A stretch of 64,000 nt of DNA, taken from Yuukianura sp. NJ FZ-2021 (lineage: Eukaryota). Shown here piece after piece: positions 12,405-26,200 of the stretch (positions within the stretch are counted from its first letter, which is position 1; each line of letters starts with the position of its first letter). The position numbers were made by a program, and so were the translations under genes. The stretch spans positions 8,308,001 to 8,372,000 of the forward strand of contig CM102289.1 in assembly GCA_046563655.1 (NCBI GenBank). Direction: 5' to 3'. The notes below the pieces were generated by a model. It had not been told where the DNA came from, ran no database searches, and saw nothing but the letters and a program-made list of their open reading frames with translations.

Positions 12405-15400
12405 TTGTCAACTTTCTCCGCAGACGATCCACGAGGTCGATTCTGGCGGGAAAAATTTAAATTATGCTTGTAAATTTACTAAATTTCCAAAAGCAAATAA
12501 TTAATTAAAAAAATTAAAAATTAAAAGGTTAGGCCTTATTTTTTTCGTAAAGTTAATCGTTCGAATGAGGCTTTAGTGCCGCACTTTAACTTCTTGTAGC
12601 CTGTAATTTAAAGTTAACTCTAGTCCATTTTCCTTGTGATTTTTCCTGCTCTTTTATGTTTAACTTATGAACCAAAGGAAAACACCAAATCGAACGAGAA
12701 GTATACATAGAGGTTAATGGAGTCATTCGGAAGGTCATAAATTTCCATTTTAAGGGAAAAAGATCCTACTTGTACCGCATAGACAAGGCAGTTAGGAAGG
12801 CATTAGGAAGGAGACGGAAGAAATTATTGAATAAAATTGATTTTCCATCTAAAAAATACACCAGGAGAAAGTTTTCGTAAGCCCAACAAAAAAGAAATGG
12901 GTTCGTCGTTACGACTTTGCTAAACGATACTTTCGGAGGAGAAAGCAGTAACTGATGCTCTGGAACTGATGTTTTGTGTAACAAAAAAAAAAGTCAAATC
13001 AGGAGAAAATTTTGGAAAATGGTAAATAGCAGGGTGATGTGAAAGTGATGAGAAAAGTCGATATTTTTGTGTAACTTTTCTGAGTGACATTGCGGTGAAA
13101 GCAAAACTGTTCCGTGACAGGTCCACAGTCGACACACTTTGTGGAGCTCGGTCAACTACTTTCGTTTTTGTTAACTAATGCAAAATCAATGAAGAGTGAC
13201 AGTTGTGTGGTTGGTGGTCATTGGGTTTGGGTTTGGAAAGTTTTGGTTTGGAAAAGTAAGAAAAAAACGATAAACGACAAAAAATTTGGTGGATAATTTT
13301 TCTTGTCAGCAAAATTGAATAGTGTAAACTCTGAAGCAGCAACGGAATTTTTTGTCTAAAAAAAATTCAGTCTTTTCTCTTTCTTTCTCTGCATTTTTTC
13401 CTAAAAAGATGCTTTTGTGCATCTGCTCACCTCTACGTTTTTTTAAATTGCAAAAAATCTACAAAATGTTTCTCCTGACGCAGTGTGACTTTGATGGAGA
13501 AAGTGAGGCTTTCGCTTGAAAGGTTCCCAAAGGAAACTAAAACTTACAAATGTTATGTTCTCTATGGATACTTCTGGACGCTGGGCATGATCATTCCCGG
13601 ACACTTTTGTACGGACACCTATGTACCTTATGTATGTATGCACATAGTCAAATCTAATCCAGGCAAGTTCTCAACTGTCCGTCCATGAATTGTTACGCAC
13701 AACCAAATGTCTCCTTTGCGTGCTGACCAATATTGAATCTCCGTTCACATCCATCCTTCCGCAAGCGTCCTGTTCTAGTGAACGGCCAGAGTGAAGTGAA
13801 AGTCTGGCCGAGTGAAAGTGGACTTTGAATGAAAGGAAGTAGAGACAAATCCATCCACTCTCTCTGGGTCTTGAGTCCTGTAGCATAAATAAATCAGCCT
13901 GAGGTTTCTTCTATTTCTCTTCATTTTGCAAACCTTAACTTAGGAAAGTGCAGAAGCAGGAGCAGATGGATCCAGGACTATTCTGGACACTTTTACCCGG
14001 GTAGCAGAACTATTCCAGAGTCTTTTAGTCCGTACAGACAGAGTTATGTATTATGTTTGGCCTACGTAAAATGACATTTGAGGCCCAGAATCCATTTGTT
14101 TTCTGTTACGCCTTTCCCCAGCAGGAGAAAGTCCTTAGTTTACCAAGAAATGGAAATCACCCTTTGTCTCTGTCCTCCTCCTTTTAGTTCAAATCCACAA
14201 TTTATCTTTGCCAAAACGGACTTAAGACAAGGAAAACTCATGCTGCTCTGCACAAGTCAGCAGTTTGGCAATGCAAAAAAAAATGTAATTTTTAAAGCAA
14301 GTTTTAATAAACTCAGCTCCTGATGCTCTGCTCAAATCCCGAGAATAATCTGCGTTTTCTCGTCCTTTAGGTGCATGACTCATAAGAAAACCCTGAAAAA
14401 AAACTAAAAAACTAAAAAAAAAAAAATTTTTTTTTGGTTTTTGCTGCTAGCTTAAAAAATTCAATGAAAAAGGGGCAGAGACGCTTGATGACAGTGGGAG
14501 GAGAAAGATGAAGTGAAAAGTGACACGGCGGGACCAGAAGTGAATTCTTGTGGGGGTGGAACTGGACAGGCTTCGTCTCTTTTCAAAAATTTTGAGTTGA
14601 AACAAAATTTTGAAAATGGGTGTGTTTGAGGAGGTCTCTTTTCAGAAAAGAATTTTGATGCTAGAGAAGAAATATTGGAGTGATTGATGATTCGGTGGGA
14701 TGTCAATGTCAAATCCAATACTTATTTCAGCCCCCAATTCCACACAAATTTACGCTCTGATACACAAACATCAACTTCCTTTCTTCCTGGTGCCAAGAAC
14801 ACGTCATACTTCTATTCCTTTCCCATTTGCACTCTACTTAAAACCACTTCCAACTACTTAACCTAACGTAACCTAACTGTCGTAGCTTAACCATAAAATA
14901 ACGTCCTGAAACAAAATTGAACTCATGATCTAGCAACATGTACTCAAAATTTTGAATTTCAGAAACTTTCAGAAAATACTGCCGTGGTAAGTCATTTTCA
15001 AAAAAAAATAAACTAGGAAGAGGAAAGTGAAAGTCACGAAAGCAGAAAAGAAAAGTTTTCAAAACTCGGTTTCCAGAAAATTTCGACGAGGCATAAAAGT
15101 ATTGACGTTAAAATTATATATATTTTTGTTCTGATCAAAATCAATTTTAAAAACTTCCTGACTATTGTTTTTGCTGTTAAGTTAACAAACTTGTGAACTT
15201 AACTCTACCCTTTGTTTCATCAATTTCTGACAAACTTTCTCCACTTTCTAATTTCCTGCTACCCGGTTTCCAAAATTTGTGAAGTTTGAGTAAATAAACT
15301 TTTTGAGGAAAGAACAGCTTCTTCCCTGTTTAGTTTTGCCAGTGGAGTGTTGATTCTGAAATCGTGCAGGGTTCACTACAGGGGTTTGAAGAAATTGAAG

Positions 15401-16689
15401 AAAACAGAAGGATACAGAGAGAGAGAGAGAGAGAAAGGGAAAATAATAATTTGAGCAAAGTTTGCTCACTTTTGCTCCACTCACGAATAAAGTTCCTGCT
15501 TTTCCAAGAGAAAAGTTGATTCTGCTGAGAAAGTCACGAAGGAGGGGCAGAAAATGCCATAGCTTGAAGCTATTCTTCCCAGACAAGAATAGCGATAACC
15601 ATAACTACAGCTGAGCTGCAAGCTGAAGTTCTTCCAGCAGCGATCGGAGCTTGCTGTGAACAATTCTTCAAACTTTGTTGACTTCGCCTGTTTCACTGCT
15701 TCCATTCACAATTTTATTGATAATCAACCAAACACTACAGGAATGGTTCAAAAGGAACAAAAAGAAGAGAAAGTGAACGCTTCAAGGCTTTCACAGTTTT
15801 CACTTTCTCTAAAACAGAAAAAAAAATATGAGTTTTGTGCATAAAGTGAAAGTTTGGAAAAAAAATTGCTTGCATCTTTAAAGAATAATGTTTTCACCTA
15901 ATCTGAAATGTTTATGGACATAAAATTTCTTTGCACTGCATCATTTTTAAAACCTTGTTTTTCGAAAATGCTACAAAAAAGTGGAAAACTGATTTGGAGA
16001 GTAACTTTCACAACAAATTCTGAGAGTGCGCGTCTAGTTACTAACAGATTTTGGTCACGACTGTGGTGAAAATATTTCCCTGGGAATTGTTCTGCTAGTG
16101 ATAGTCGACTGTTTGAAATTAGCAAGGATCTGGAGTCTGATTTAACAAGGGACAAAGTAACGAGGTGGGAGCTTTAAGCAGACGGGGCGGGAGAATTCAA
16201 AATTTGGCATTCATGTCACGTCCACTTCTGGAAAAGGAGATATTTTAATCTCTGTCAAAATCTGTAAGGTGAAGCAAGATGGAAGTTAGAGGGGAGGGGA
16301 GAGTTTTAGCGCTCAAAATGCATTTCCTTTTTTTACAAACCACACAAAGTTTTCACCAGGGACTTTCTGCGTGCTTTCTCCAAGAATTGTTCCATTGACG
16401 TTTCAATTTCAAACGTATTGAACAAAACGTGCTCAGAATTTAATACGGACCAAGAGAAACTTTGTTCTAAAAAACACAAAACCACAAGCTTTCTGGGATG
16501 CTCTACTTCAAAAATTTTTATTCTTCAGCACTATTTCATAACCCAAAAATATCCTTTGATTCCCTCCTTGTACACGTTTCCACTTCAATTTCAAGAAAAA
16601 AACAAAGCCCTTTGTAATCATAAAACTGAAAAGTGTGCCACTAGTCCAAAAATTGCAAACACTTCAGTTGTCTACCTCAAAAGTATAAC

Positions 16690-16969
16690 CAAGGTTTGTT
16701 GACGTTGATTTTCTTTAAAAGGTTGAGTAATACCTCATGTTTTTCCGATTTTGCAAAAAAAGAAGAATGTTTTTGATTTCATGGTATCCTAGTCATAACA
16801 ATACCGAATTTAACAGATTCAGAATAACCGAATTTTTAAAACTTCAAATACGAATTGGTACCATTTTTTTTTTGAAAATTGTTACCAATTTTCTTTTCTT
16901 TTTTGTCAACTAGCGAGGTAGTACTCAACCTGTTAAAAAAGATTCATTTTTTGTTGTAAGGAAACCTTG
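16690..16969. mobile_element. Second CAAGG-terminal MITE with 8-bp TSD
   Basis: Termini caaggtttgttgac...aaaggttgagtaatacctc / gaggtagtactcaacctgtt...ggaaaccttg. Perfect TSD agtataac at 16682-16689 and 16970-16977. The TIRs are related to the 12199-12404 copy. Confidence 0.8.
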
Positions 16970-19900
16970 AGTATAACTGTGCAAGCGTTCTGGCAAATCA
17001 TCAGTTTTTAAGATGGCGCACGCGCTGTTCAAACGAGCAGCAGTGAAAATTGGCTATTACTTCAAAAAATGACTCGATTTTCCAATTTTGGCGCCAATCT
17101 CACAAGGAAAAAAACTGAAAACATCGAAATTGTTTTTTCACTGATTGAATTGAGGCCATAAATTGTTGAAAAAAGGGGGTGAAGAGCACTTCTGAGTAGT
17201 GTCGAGTATTTTTTCATCTAAAAAAAGTGCCGAGATGTTATGAGCATCTGTAAAGCAAACCTGATTCGATTTTGGCAAACGGAAATAATTGAATTGGTCC
17301 AAGCTACTATATAGATTTTGGCTAAAGCAAAAGTTGTTCGTTTTCCATTTGAAAGAACCAAGTTGACAGTGGGCTGAAACACTTCAACTCCAACTGGTTC
17401 CAAAAAATCCAATAACAATACTTTGCCATTTCGATTTTTTTAGAAATGGGAAAAGACAATAAAACGGAGAACACGAGACAAGCGAAACTCGAAGAAGATT
17501 AAAAATAAATCCAAAGTCGTTGAAATGAAGCCAAAATACGAGTAACCAAAAAACTTTTTCTTGTTATATTCTTTTAACATCTAACACACAAATTCGACAC
17601 TTAGAAAAAAAAGTGGTGCGCATTTTGGAAAAAGCGGGTTTGGATTTTGGAACACTTTTGGAAGTTTTACGACCTCATTACAAAGATTTACACCATTGTC
17701 TTTTGGCCTATAAACTATCCAATTGCTTTCCAAACATTGTTGAGTGTTCAAATACTTATTTTTAGTTTTAGGTCAGTTAGAACTAAAAGTCAAGCTGCAA
17801 CTGTAGGTTCAAAATTTTCCAAAATTTTCAAAATTTTGATCTTGTAAGCCAAAAAGTGAGGTAGAAGATGATTGGATGAGTTGGCACAAAGTCAAAGGAG
17901 CTCAGTTAGTCTCAAATTGAGAAGGAGGCTGAGGGTTCGAATTTAATTAGAAGAGCCTTAATAAGAGGATTCTCCCTCCTGAACAAAGTGTCTATCTGAC
18001 TCCTTCCGAAAAGAGAAGCTTTTTCAAAAAAAAGTATTATACGAGGAAGAAAGGTTCTTTGGAGAAAGATTTTCATTAAGGTGACACCCAAACCTAGGCT
18101 AAAGCTTTCTTTCGTTTTTCTGGAAGTCGAAACATGCCAATGGCAAGAAGGGAGCAGGATTTAATTCCAGTAGGAAAGGAATAAGCCAGGAGCAGGAGAA
18201 CTCTGGTTCGTAGTAGACAAGACTTTACAAGAAAAGAAAGAGAGTAGCATCCTTCCGGCCAAACTTTCACTTCACATTCCCGCACTTTCTTCAAGGGAGG
18301 TGCGAGAGAGGCAACTAATCTTCTAAGAAAAAAAAACGAAACAAACACAATTAATCCTCTCAAAACAACCAGCTTCTGGCGCTTACTTAGTGTAACTTGG
18401 CATCCACAATTCCAAACTTTAGTCGGAAGTCTAAAAAAAAGTCTCAACTTTTCGGATTTCGAATCTGAATCTGCCAAATTCAAAAGTTGCGCCACGGCCG
18501 CTGGTTTTATCAGTTCAAAGTTAAGCCAGGTTTGTATTTTTCGTTTTCATTTTTTTAGTTTTCACTTTTTTGGTTTGAAAAAATAGTAAAGCGGGTTTTG
18601 GAGCAGAAGATATGCATTTTTAAGCGATTTTTGTAAAAGGTTCCGCAATGAAATTTTTTGGTGCTTTCTCTTCTGTTCCATAAAACTAGAAATGCCGTCT
18701 GGTGGGGCCGGTGGGGCTGGTGGGCGGTAGATTTGGAAGTGGTGGGTTTATTACAACAAAAGAAATCTCTCTGGGTTCTCTTCCATAGTCTAACAGTCGT
18801 TCTAGTCTGCCAGAGTAGAAAGGAGAAGGTGAAGTGGAAAACAATAAAAAGATGAATCTCCAAGATTAAAAATAAAATGAAAAGGGAATGTTTGAATGGG
18901 AGCCAAATTCGAAAATACGAAAGCACACTGAAAGCATCTTCGTCAACGGAGACGGAGAGACAGGAAGAAGAAGAATAGAAATGTTCTGCTCGTCAGTCCA
19001 CAACTTTATACGCTTTTCACTGCTAAAGAATCGCTCCTGTCTGCTTCCAGACTAACCAAGGTTACGCTTCACAAAATCAGACCAAAATTCAAACACTGAA
19101 AAACACAAAGAAGGGAATTGCGACGCAGAAGAGTCACCAAAATTACTTTTCTCTAAACTTTTTTCTAAAAAGTAGAAAAGAAAATTTTAGACAAATTTTA
19201 ATTGCAAGTTTCCCATTTCAAGTAGCTTTGTTTTAAAAGTTTTTTGAACCAGCCTACAAAAGTACGTATGTGAAACGTGCTTTTAAAATAAAATTTTTCA
19301 AAATCAAATTTTGCCTTCAAGTTACACTTTTTTTTTTGGTTTCCCCAAAATTTGTTTAAACAAAGCTTTGTTTTGAATCCAATTACTTTCAAATTAAATA
19401 CAGCAACCATTCAAACTTTTTTTTTTGAAATTTTGTGTTTCCTCTGATCTAAATTTATTTTCAATTCCCTTGTAAGCACTAAATTGTAATAAAAGTCAAA
19501 AAGGCTTTAAATTCTTTTTGGCGCTAATTTATCAAGAGTTTTCGATAATTAAAGAGAAAGTTTCTGCTGCCCAATGCAAAAATCCAATTAGACTTTCTCT
19601 TTAAACTTGCTTTTTGCCTCTAAAACTTGTACCTCTCCCCAAAAAGCTTGCAGGAACTTCAAACGAAACCATTTTCTGTTCGTTCCGTTCATCAGCACCA
19701 ACTTTATACTTTCTACTTCCAGTTTGCAACGCACGGGAAACACAGAAAGTACTTTCTCTCCTGCCGCGAATCCTATTTTCTCCTCAAACCAAAAAGTGTA
19801 TGAATGGAGCCCGCGGAATTTTGAAAAACCTTTTCCTGGCGGGCTGAAATTTCTCTTTGGTAAGGAGAGAAAGTGCTTTGGTGTAATTAAAGCTTTAAAT

Positions 19901-22617
19901 CACGGAGAAAGCAGGTGCTGATGTTATGAAACGTTTTTCTTAACGAACGTCCTGATCTTATACCCAATTTATTTTAGCAGCACCCCTGTTCTACTTTTTT
20001 TTCGAAAAAAAATAGGCAAAAAATAGGCTTTTAGCAACTAACAATTCAACGCTGCTGTTTTTTTTTTGCAAAAAGTAAAGGTGGAGAAACTTTCTTTTGT
20101 TTTACTTTTCGCCATTCTCTTTACTTTTACCTTCTTTTTTACTTCCCTTCTTCAAGATCTCATTTCCAAGGAACTCATTCATTTTAATGTTAATTCCCTT
20201 GCTCCACTTTTTTTTTGTACTTTTTCGAAGTAAAAGATTTCAGGAACTTAAATTGGCAAAATACAAAACTTTTCAATTTGGAACGGCGGCCGTAGTAACT
20301 GAATGCCCAAGGGCTCCACTTTCTCCTAGAACTAGAAACTAGATAATCCTAGAAGAGGTTTTCTTTTACTTCCAGAATTGGGTTGAAACAATAGGAGCTG
20401 AAAAGCTGGAGGCTTAGAATTTCCTATCTTATGATGACGAATCGACACTCACGAAATCCGTTTTGAACTTCCCACGTAGTTTTAGCTTAGGAGAAAGCAA
20501 AATGGGGAAAGCCGATGTGAAAGGTCGAGTGCTTCGCTTTCAATCTCGTTTTTGTTCTGTTTTTGAACAGAAAAGCGAAAAAGAGCAGCAACTTTACTAC
20601 AGAAAGCAAGTCTTTTTGTTCCTTAGAAACCCAGAGAAACAAAAACGGCTTTTTACTATAGTACACTCGTTTTCTGCCCATATATTGCACAAAAGGAGTT
20701 TTCACGATGCCCATGTTCGTTTCCATTAGCTTCAGAATTGGGGTGTTGAACCACCAAACGTCTTCGTTTTTACTCAAAATAGACAATCCAAAAAGCACTT
20801 TTGTTATTTTCAGACTTCGTTTTCAAAAGAACAGCTTCCGTAACGTTCCTATTTCTGAAACATGAAAATAACTAAAAAAATATCCGCTTTTGTGCGCAGC
20901 GTAGCTTTAAGCTAATCGATTTTTATGTCAATGACCGACCCTCCTTAAAGTTCCAAATTGTAAAAATTGGCGTAATTCTGATTTGAATTATTAAGTGAAC
21001 CCTAGAAAATTTTTGACAATGTTTGCTCAAAAAATGATAACAACAAAAAAGTAGGGCACTTGGAGCTTCAAAATTGGATTTTTCTAATTTATGGAATCAA
21101 GTTTCCGTGTTACGCCGTTTTTTCTTTGTTGACAGGAAATGAAAAACATTCATTTTTTGCGAACACAAAGAGAAAGTGTTGGGTTGCCAAAATGAAAAAC
21201 GACGTGTTATCCGCATACACGCCTCTCCGCCTCTAATTTCTTCATTGTGCTTCTTCAAAATGAAAATTTCGCATGCTGAGAAGTAAGTAAAAAGCAAAGT
21301 TTAGGCGGAAAATGCCCCGCGTAGTTCTGTGGTGTTAGTTGGGCGTGTCCCGCAGATTTGTCTGCAAAATCCTAAAAACCGGAAACTCAAAAACACCACA
21401 GAAATAGAAAGCTTCCAAACCGAAAAATAAAAATTAAAAAACTCTGCCAAAATAACACACAAATTTTTAGTTTGAAGATCATCGCCTTTGTTTTTGAGTG
21501 AGAAACTAGAAAATGAAAAATTTGGCTTTTTTTTGAATTCTCTTTGAAAAGGTGCCGAATTCCAAAGTTAGACGGAGGAATGTGACGTTCATTTTGAAAA
21601 CCCGGGTTTCCGTTTTTATATGGCAAATGCCAATCTCTTCGGATATCCGTATTAGGTTTAGCTTTTTTGCATATTGGGACATTATTGGCTGGATGTCAGT
21701 CTCATGTCATTTGAGAAGAGAGTAGTGGATGAAAGGATTTTTTTTTCAAAAAACCTCCAGAAAAATTGTGCTTTTGGAAATTGAAAAAGCGAAGACTGAC
21801 TACTGACATTTATTGCCATCTGCATTTGGGATGGATTCCATTTCCAGGCCATAAAGACACCAAACGCACTTTCTCCTCAGACACGACAGGCATAGACAGG
21901 GCTCCACTTTCCAGATTTCCTTTTTGGAAATTTCATAGTTTTACGTGCACTTTCTCCTGAAGGATTCTGAGCTAAAGGAAATGGAACATGGAGAAAGCTA
22001 GGTTATGGTTAGGTTTTTGAAAGGAAATGAATATCGAGACTGGAAACTATTCTGGAGGACCTCAGAAGCACACCAAAGGGAGTTACGATTACCTGAATAG
22101 ACTCTAAAGTACGACCTTCAAAAACCGATAATGTACGAAAAGAAGCCGCTAAACCAAAAATGGGAACCCATTTCATGTTCAAACCTATTTTCAAAAACTC
22201 CCGCCAAACTTTTTTACCTCAGAAATTCCAAATCGATTCTTTTTCAATTTTGGAAAACATGAAAACAACCTCTTTTGGTAAAACTCATTTTTTCTAACAA
22301 CAAAAAAAAAACAACAACAAGCCCAACATTTTTCCAAAATTAAAAAAGTTCAAACAAATGTGAAAAAATGTCTTTGGAAAACACGAGTAATATTGCAGTT
22401 TGAAAACTTTAATTTTCGTTTAAAAATGAATACCAAAATTTAAAAAACGGTCGAAAATGTGTAAAAACAGCTAGGTCAAACATATTGTTCGGAAACAATA
22501 AGTAGTTTAGCATGTAAAAAATTAGCACCTCGAAGATTTTAAGGATTCCTGGAGTCCGTTGCATGTCAAAAATTGTGTTCCGGGAGTATCCGTTTGTCCA
22601 TAGTTGTGTCCAGAAAG

Positions 22618-23114
22618 TTAACGTTTGCCAACATAGCCTCCTCCCATGCCACCGGCTCCAGCCGATGAAGAGGACATTGACATTGACTGTGACTGTGCTC
22701 CAGCAGCGCCCATTCCTACACCACCTCCGTATGGGACGTAGCCGTATGGTTGGACGTATGGACGTCCCCATCCTCCGTAGAAGCGTCCACGTCGGCGGTC
22801 ATTTCCGTAATGGCGGTAATCTGAAACACAAAAAAAACAGTTTAAGATTTAACTCAAAGTCAATTAGTGTCACTAAAATTTAGAATTTGGAATACAACAA
22901 ATTTTCCTGGAACTTTTCAAAATTTGAAATTTAGAATTTTGGAAAACTCACCATGTTCGCGGTCGTGCTCGCGATGGTCGTGTTCCTCATGGTCGTGTTC
23001 GCGATGGTCGTGTTCACGATGGTCGTGTTCGCGGTGTGAATTTGCTTCAGTCAAGACAATCAAAACGAAGACGGCGGCCAGCAAGGTCAAGACGACTTTG
23101 GATGAAAGAGCCAT
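22618..23114 (-). CDS. Small secreted His-rich / Gly-Tyr-rich prepropeptide (2 exons, 121 aa)
   Basis: Exon 1 is 23114-22952 (donor G|GTGAGT) and exon 2 is 22820-22618 (acceptor tgtgtttcag), with a phase-1 join. Protein: MALSSKVVLTLLAAVFVLIVLTEA-NS(HREHD)3 HEEHD HREHD REHDYRHYGNDRRR-GRFYGGWGRPYVQPYGYVPYGGGVGMGAAGAQSQSMSMSSSSAGAGGMGGGYV-GKR*. A TATA+Inr promoter lies upstream. Confidence 0.88.
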
Positions 23115-23213
23115 TTCGAATTTTGTGAAGTTTAAAAAATGTTTTTTGAGTAGAGCAACGTTAAGGTTGATGAGCGGAGCTGCTGTTAGCAAGTTGAGTG
23201 GTGACTTGGAAGT

Positions 23214-23250
23214 GAATGATTTGGCTAAGGGCCCTCTGCCCTTTTTATAC
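23214..23250 (-). promoter_or_regulatory. TATA box plus arthropod-type initiator for the His-rich peptide gene
   Basis: Minus-strand TATAAAAA at 23249-23242 and TCATTC (TCAKTY Inr consensus) with +1 A at 23217, about 32 nt downstream. This sits ~100 nt before the ATG. Confidence 0.7.
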
Positions 23251-26200
23251 CAAAAGGTCGCTCAAGTTCAAGGGTACACTTTTTTAGAACGTAAATTCCA
23301 AACAAAACAAGACAGAAGGCCAACGTTTACTAAAAGACAAGAACAATGCTAAGGTTTAGAATTTTCAGAATTACCAACAGCAAATTTCTAGTTTTGACAG
23401 GAAAAAACGTAGCCTACCCTCGTAAAACATTTTAAGAAATTCTAAAAAGAAACCAACTTTCCGGATTATTTTTATCACAATAACCTGAATGTCAAGAAAG
23501 GCCATCGCTTAAAACCAAAATCCATTTCAATGCTGGGTTTTTCTAGATAATTTTGCTTTGTTCTAAAAAAGAAACATATTTTATCCAATGTAAATTTTGA
23601 ATTTTTATATTTTTTTTTGAGTAGCCTAGGCTTATGAGGTTGATGAACTTAAATTCATTCCGTCTGCTTTAAGAATAAATCTGAAATAGAAATTTTAAGT
23701 TTTCACATATAACGTTTGCGCACATAAAAATGCATAAATGCAAGTTATTGAGATCTGTACCTAGCAATTTTTAACCATGAAATCAATTTTTTTTCATTTA
23801 AATGAACGATATAAAATATTAACATTAACATTTAGCCTTTCTCTTCAGCGCGAAATGGAATGTCGTGGTACGAATTTCATTTTCAAAGCGTTTTTATAGC
23901 GCATCGCTTCGAGTGAAGGTGACCTTAAGGTTTTTCTGTTTTATGACATCGGGAACATCAGATCTTTCCATCACAAAAACTAAAAACTGCTTGTGAAGCA
24001 TCATTTATAACAACCAAATTCAAGTTATGGCTTCCAATAAAACTCGTTTTTCTAGTCACTTTCAGTGGGCTTTAGCTAGAAAAGTAATCAAAATTGCACA
24101 GTAGCAACCAGAATTTTCCTTTATGTCTAAAAAATATGTCATGTCTGAAAAATATGTCAAAGCCTTTTATGGTTTAGCTTAGTTTACTAGTTCCAAAAAG
24201 CTTTTGTCTAAGTCTGTTCATGTCCTTTTAGTGATAAGTATCAAGCTTTTTCCATAAGGTTTTAGTTTCACGGTACACTGGGGTTTTGTGCTGAGTTGAC
24301 CTTTGTTCTAAGTTTCCTCATTTGGGAAAAATAAACGACCTTCCCATTTGGTTTACTTTAGCAAAAGAGAGAAAAAATAGCCTAACCTAAAGAAAGAATA
24401 GAGAAGGAAATGGATTTTTTGCTCGTTTTTTTGGGCCAAAGTGGATGTCGCTAACAATAAATAAGCGATTGGGTTTTGGGCTGAAGGAGGCAGAAAGCAG
24501 AAACTGTTGGGAGTTCATAAGTGAAAGTCTAACTGAGAAAAGCGTTCGCCTTTGGCTTCTCCGCCTGACTTTCACCAAGGCAGAAGCTCACTTGGGAACG
24601 GAGCTAGTTTCCTAGTTTCTAGGTTTCTAGAAAGTTAGGTTAGGCAGGAAAGAGAAAGTCCATGCCAATAATATTCAATGATTCCTTCCGTCGACTCGTA
24701 TGTCTAATAGGCGTATAACAAGGACCAACTTATAAAAGCCTCTTTTTCCACCCATCGCTTCACTTGCTCCACAATTCAATTCTCCATATAAACTTTTCCT
24801 TTTAGAAAAAACGGAAAGTGAAAGCAACTTTCACTGTTGCCTGGGCTTTCTCTGTGACCTTTCAACTTAGCCGTACAGCTTTTCCTTAGTGACACGTAGG
24901 ATTTAACCTCCTTTGTCAATATTGTACACTGTAGTAAGAAAGCTGTATCGATCCATTTTGATTATTTGAAATTTTGAAGAAAAAAAACTAGAAAAACTTT
25001 CTAAAAATCCTAAAAGCTGTAAACAACTTTTTTCTTGTCGGTTTTGTTGACGTTTGTATAAAATTTTGTCAACGATCCTAATTTAAGAGCGGCTGTATAA
25101 AAAATTTAGTAGCCGTGAACCGTAATTTTGGAGTTTAATTTTTGAAATCATAGTTTTGCATCCATGAAATTAAAAAAATTGGCAGTTTTCATATTTCTTG
25201 GGTATGAGGATTCAAAGCCTACAAAAATTTTAATTTAGGTAAGTGAAAAGTTATGAAAATCGGAGTTTTTGAGTGCTCTGGTTTTTCTTTTTTGATTTTT
25301 GTTTGAAATGTGAAGTTGGAGGCATCAAAATAATGAAAGTTTTTCTTTTCGGGTGAGAATGAATAGAGAATGAGGAGCCTATTAGAGGATATTCCGTGAG
25401 TTTTTGAAAAATCTCGACATTCAATTATTAGCTCACAGAAATGCGTAGGATAGAAACCATATCCATGGAGAATAGACTTCAAAAAGCAAAAGAAAACACT
25501 CGAAGAAGAAGAGTCAGCAGGTTTTTTCAGAGTCCTAGAAAAACTTTTTGCAAATTCTAGAATAACTTTTGAGGATTCAAAAGTTAGGAACTACTATAGA
25601 AACTATACGCCTTTTGTTAGATCCTCTTCTTTTAGTGCAAGCTGAAAAATATAAAACCAACTTTGAATAATAGGAACAGAATGGAACAAAATTCCTCAAC
25701 CACTTTTTGATCTTCCCACAACGGGAGTTCGCAGAAGCCAAAAATCAAATTAAGCCAATGCCAATGGCACTTTCACCAGCCTACTTTCACTCCATGAGCT
25801 CCTCACTTGAACAAATTTCCGTAAAGAAATTGCCAGCTCCTCAACTTTTGAGTAATAACTGAAGGGTGCTCCGTTGGCGCTCTCTTTTCAAATTTTGGGA
25901 TTTTGAAAAGCATTTTCAAAAACAAGCCTCAAAAGCCCTCCTTTCGAGGTTAGTCTTTACAATGTCTGAATGTAAATTGGAAAATAAGAAGATTAGTCTT
26001 TAGGCTCCGGCTGCCGTAAAATGGAAAGAGAAAATCCTCTAGTGACTTTCTCTTCAAAAATATTACGGTAAAACTTCTTATAGAAGCCCGGCCTTGCATT
26101 TCTATTTGGCGTTTTTTGTTTTTAAACAGAGCCGGATTTTATAGAGACCGATAATGAAATAAAGTTGGTTGTGATTGGAAACAGTCTTTTATTGGAAGTT

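Noticed and set aside
22563..23352. Plus-strand ORFs with Cys-rich CSRWS repeats (22867-23352) and 22563-22883
   Set aside because: These are antisense shadows of the His-rich gene, which has the signal peptide, splice sites and promoter.
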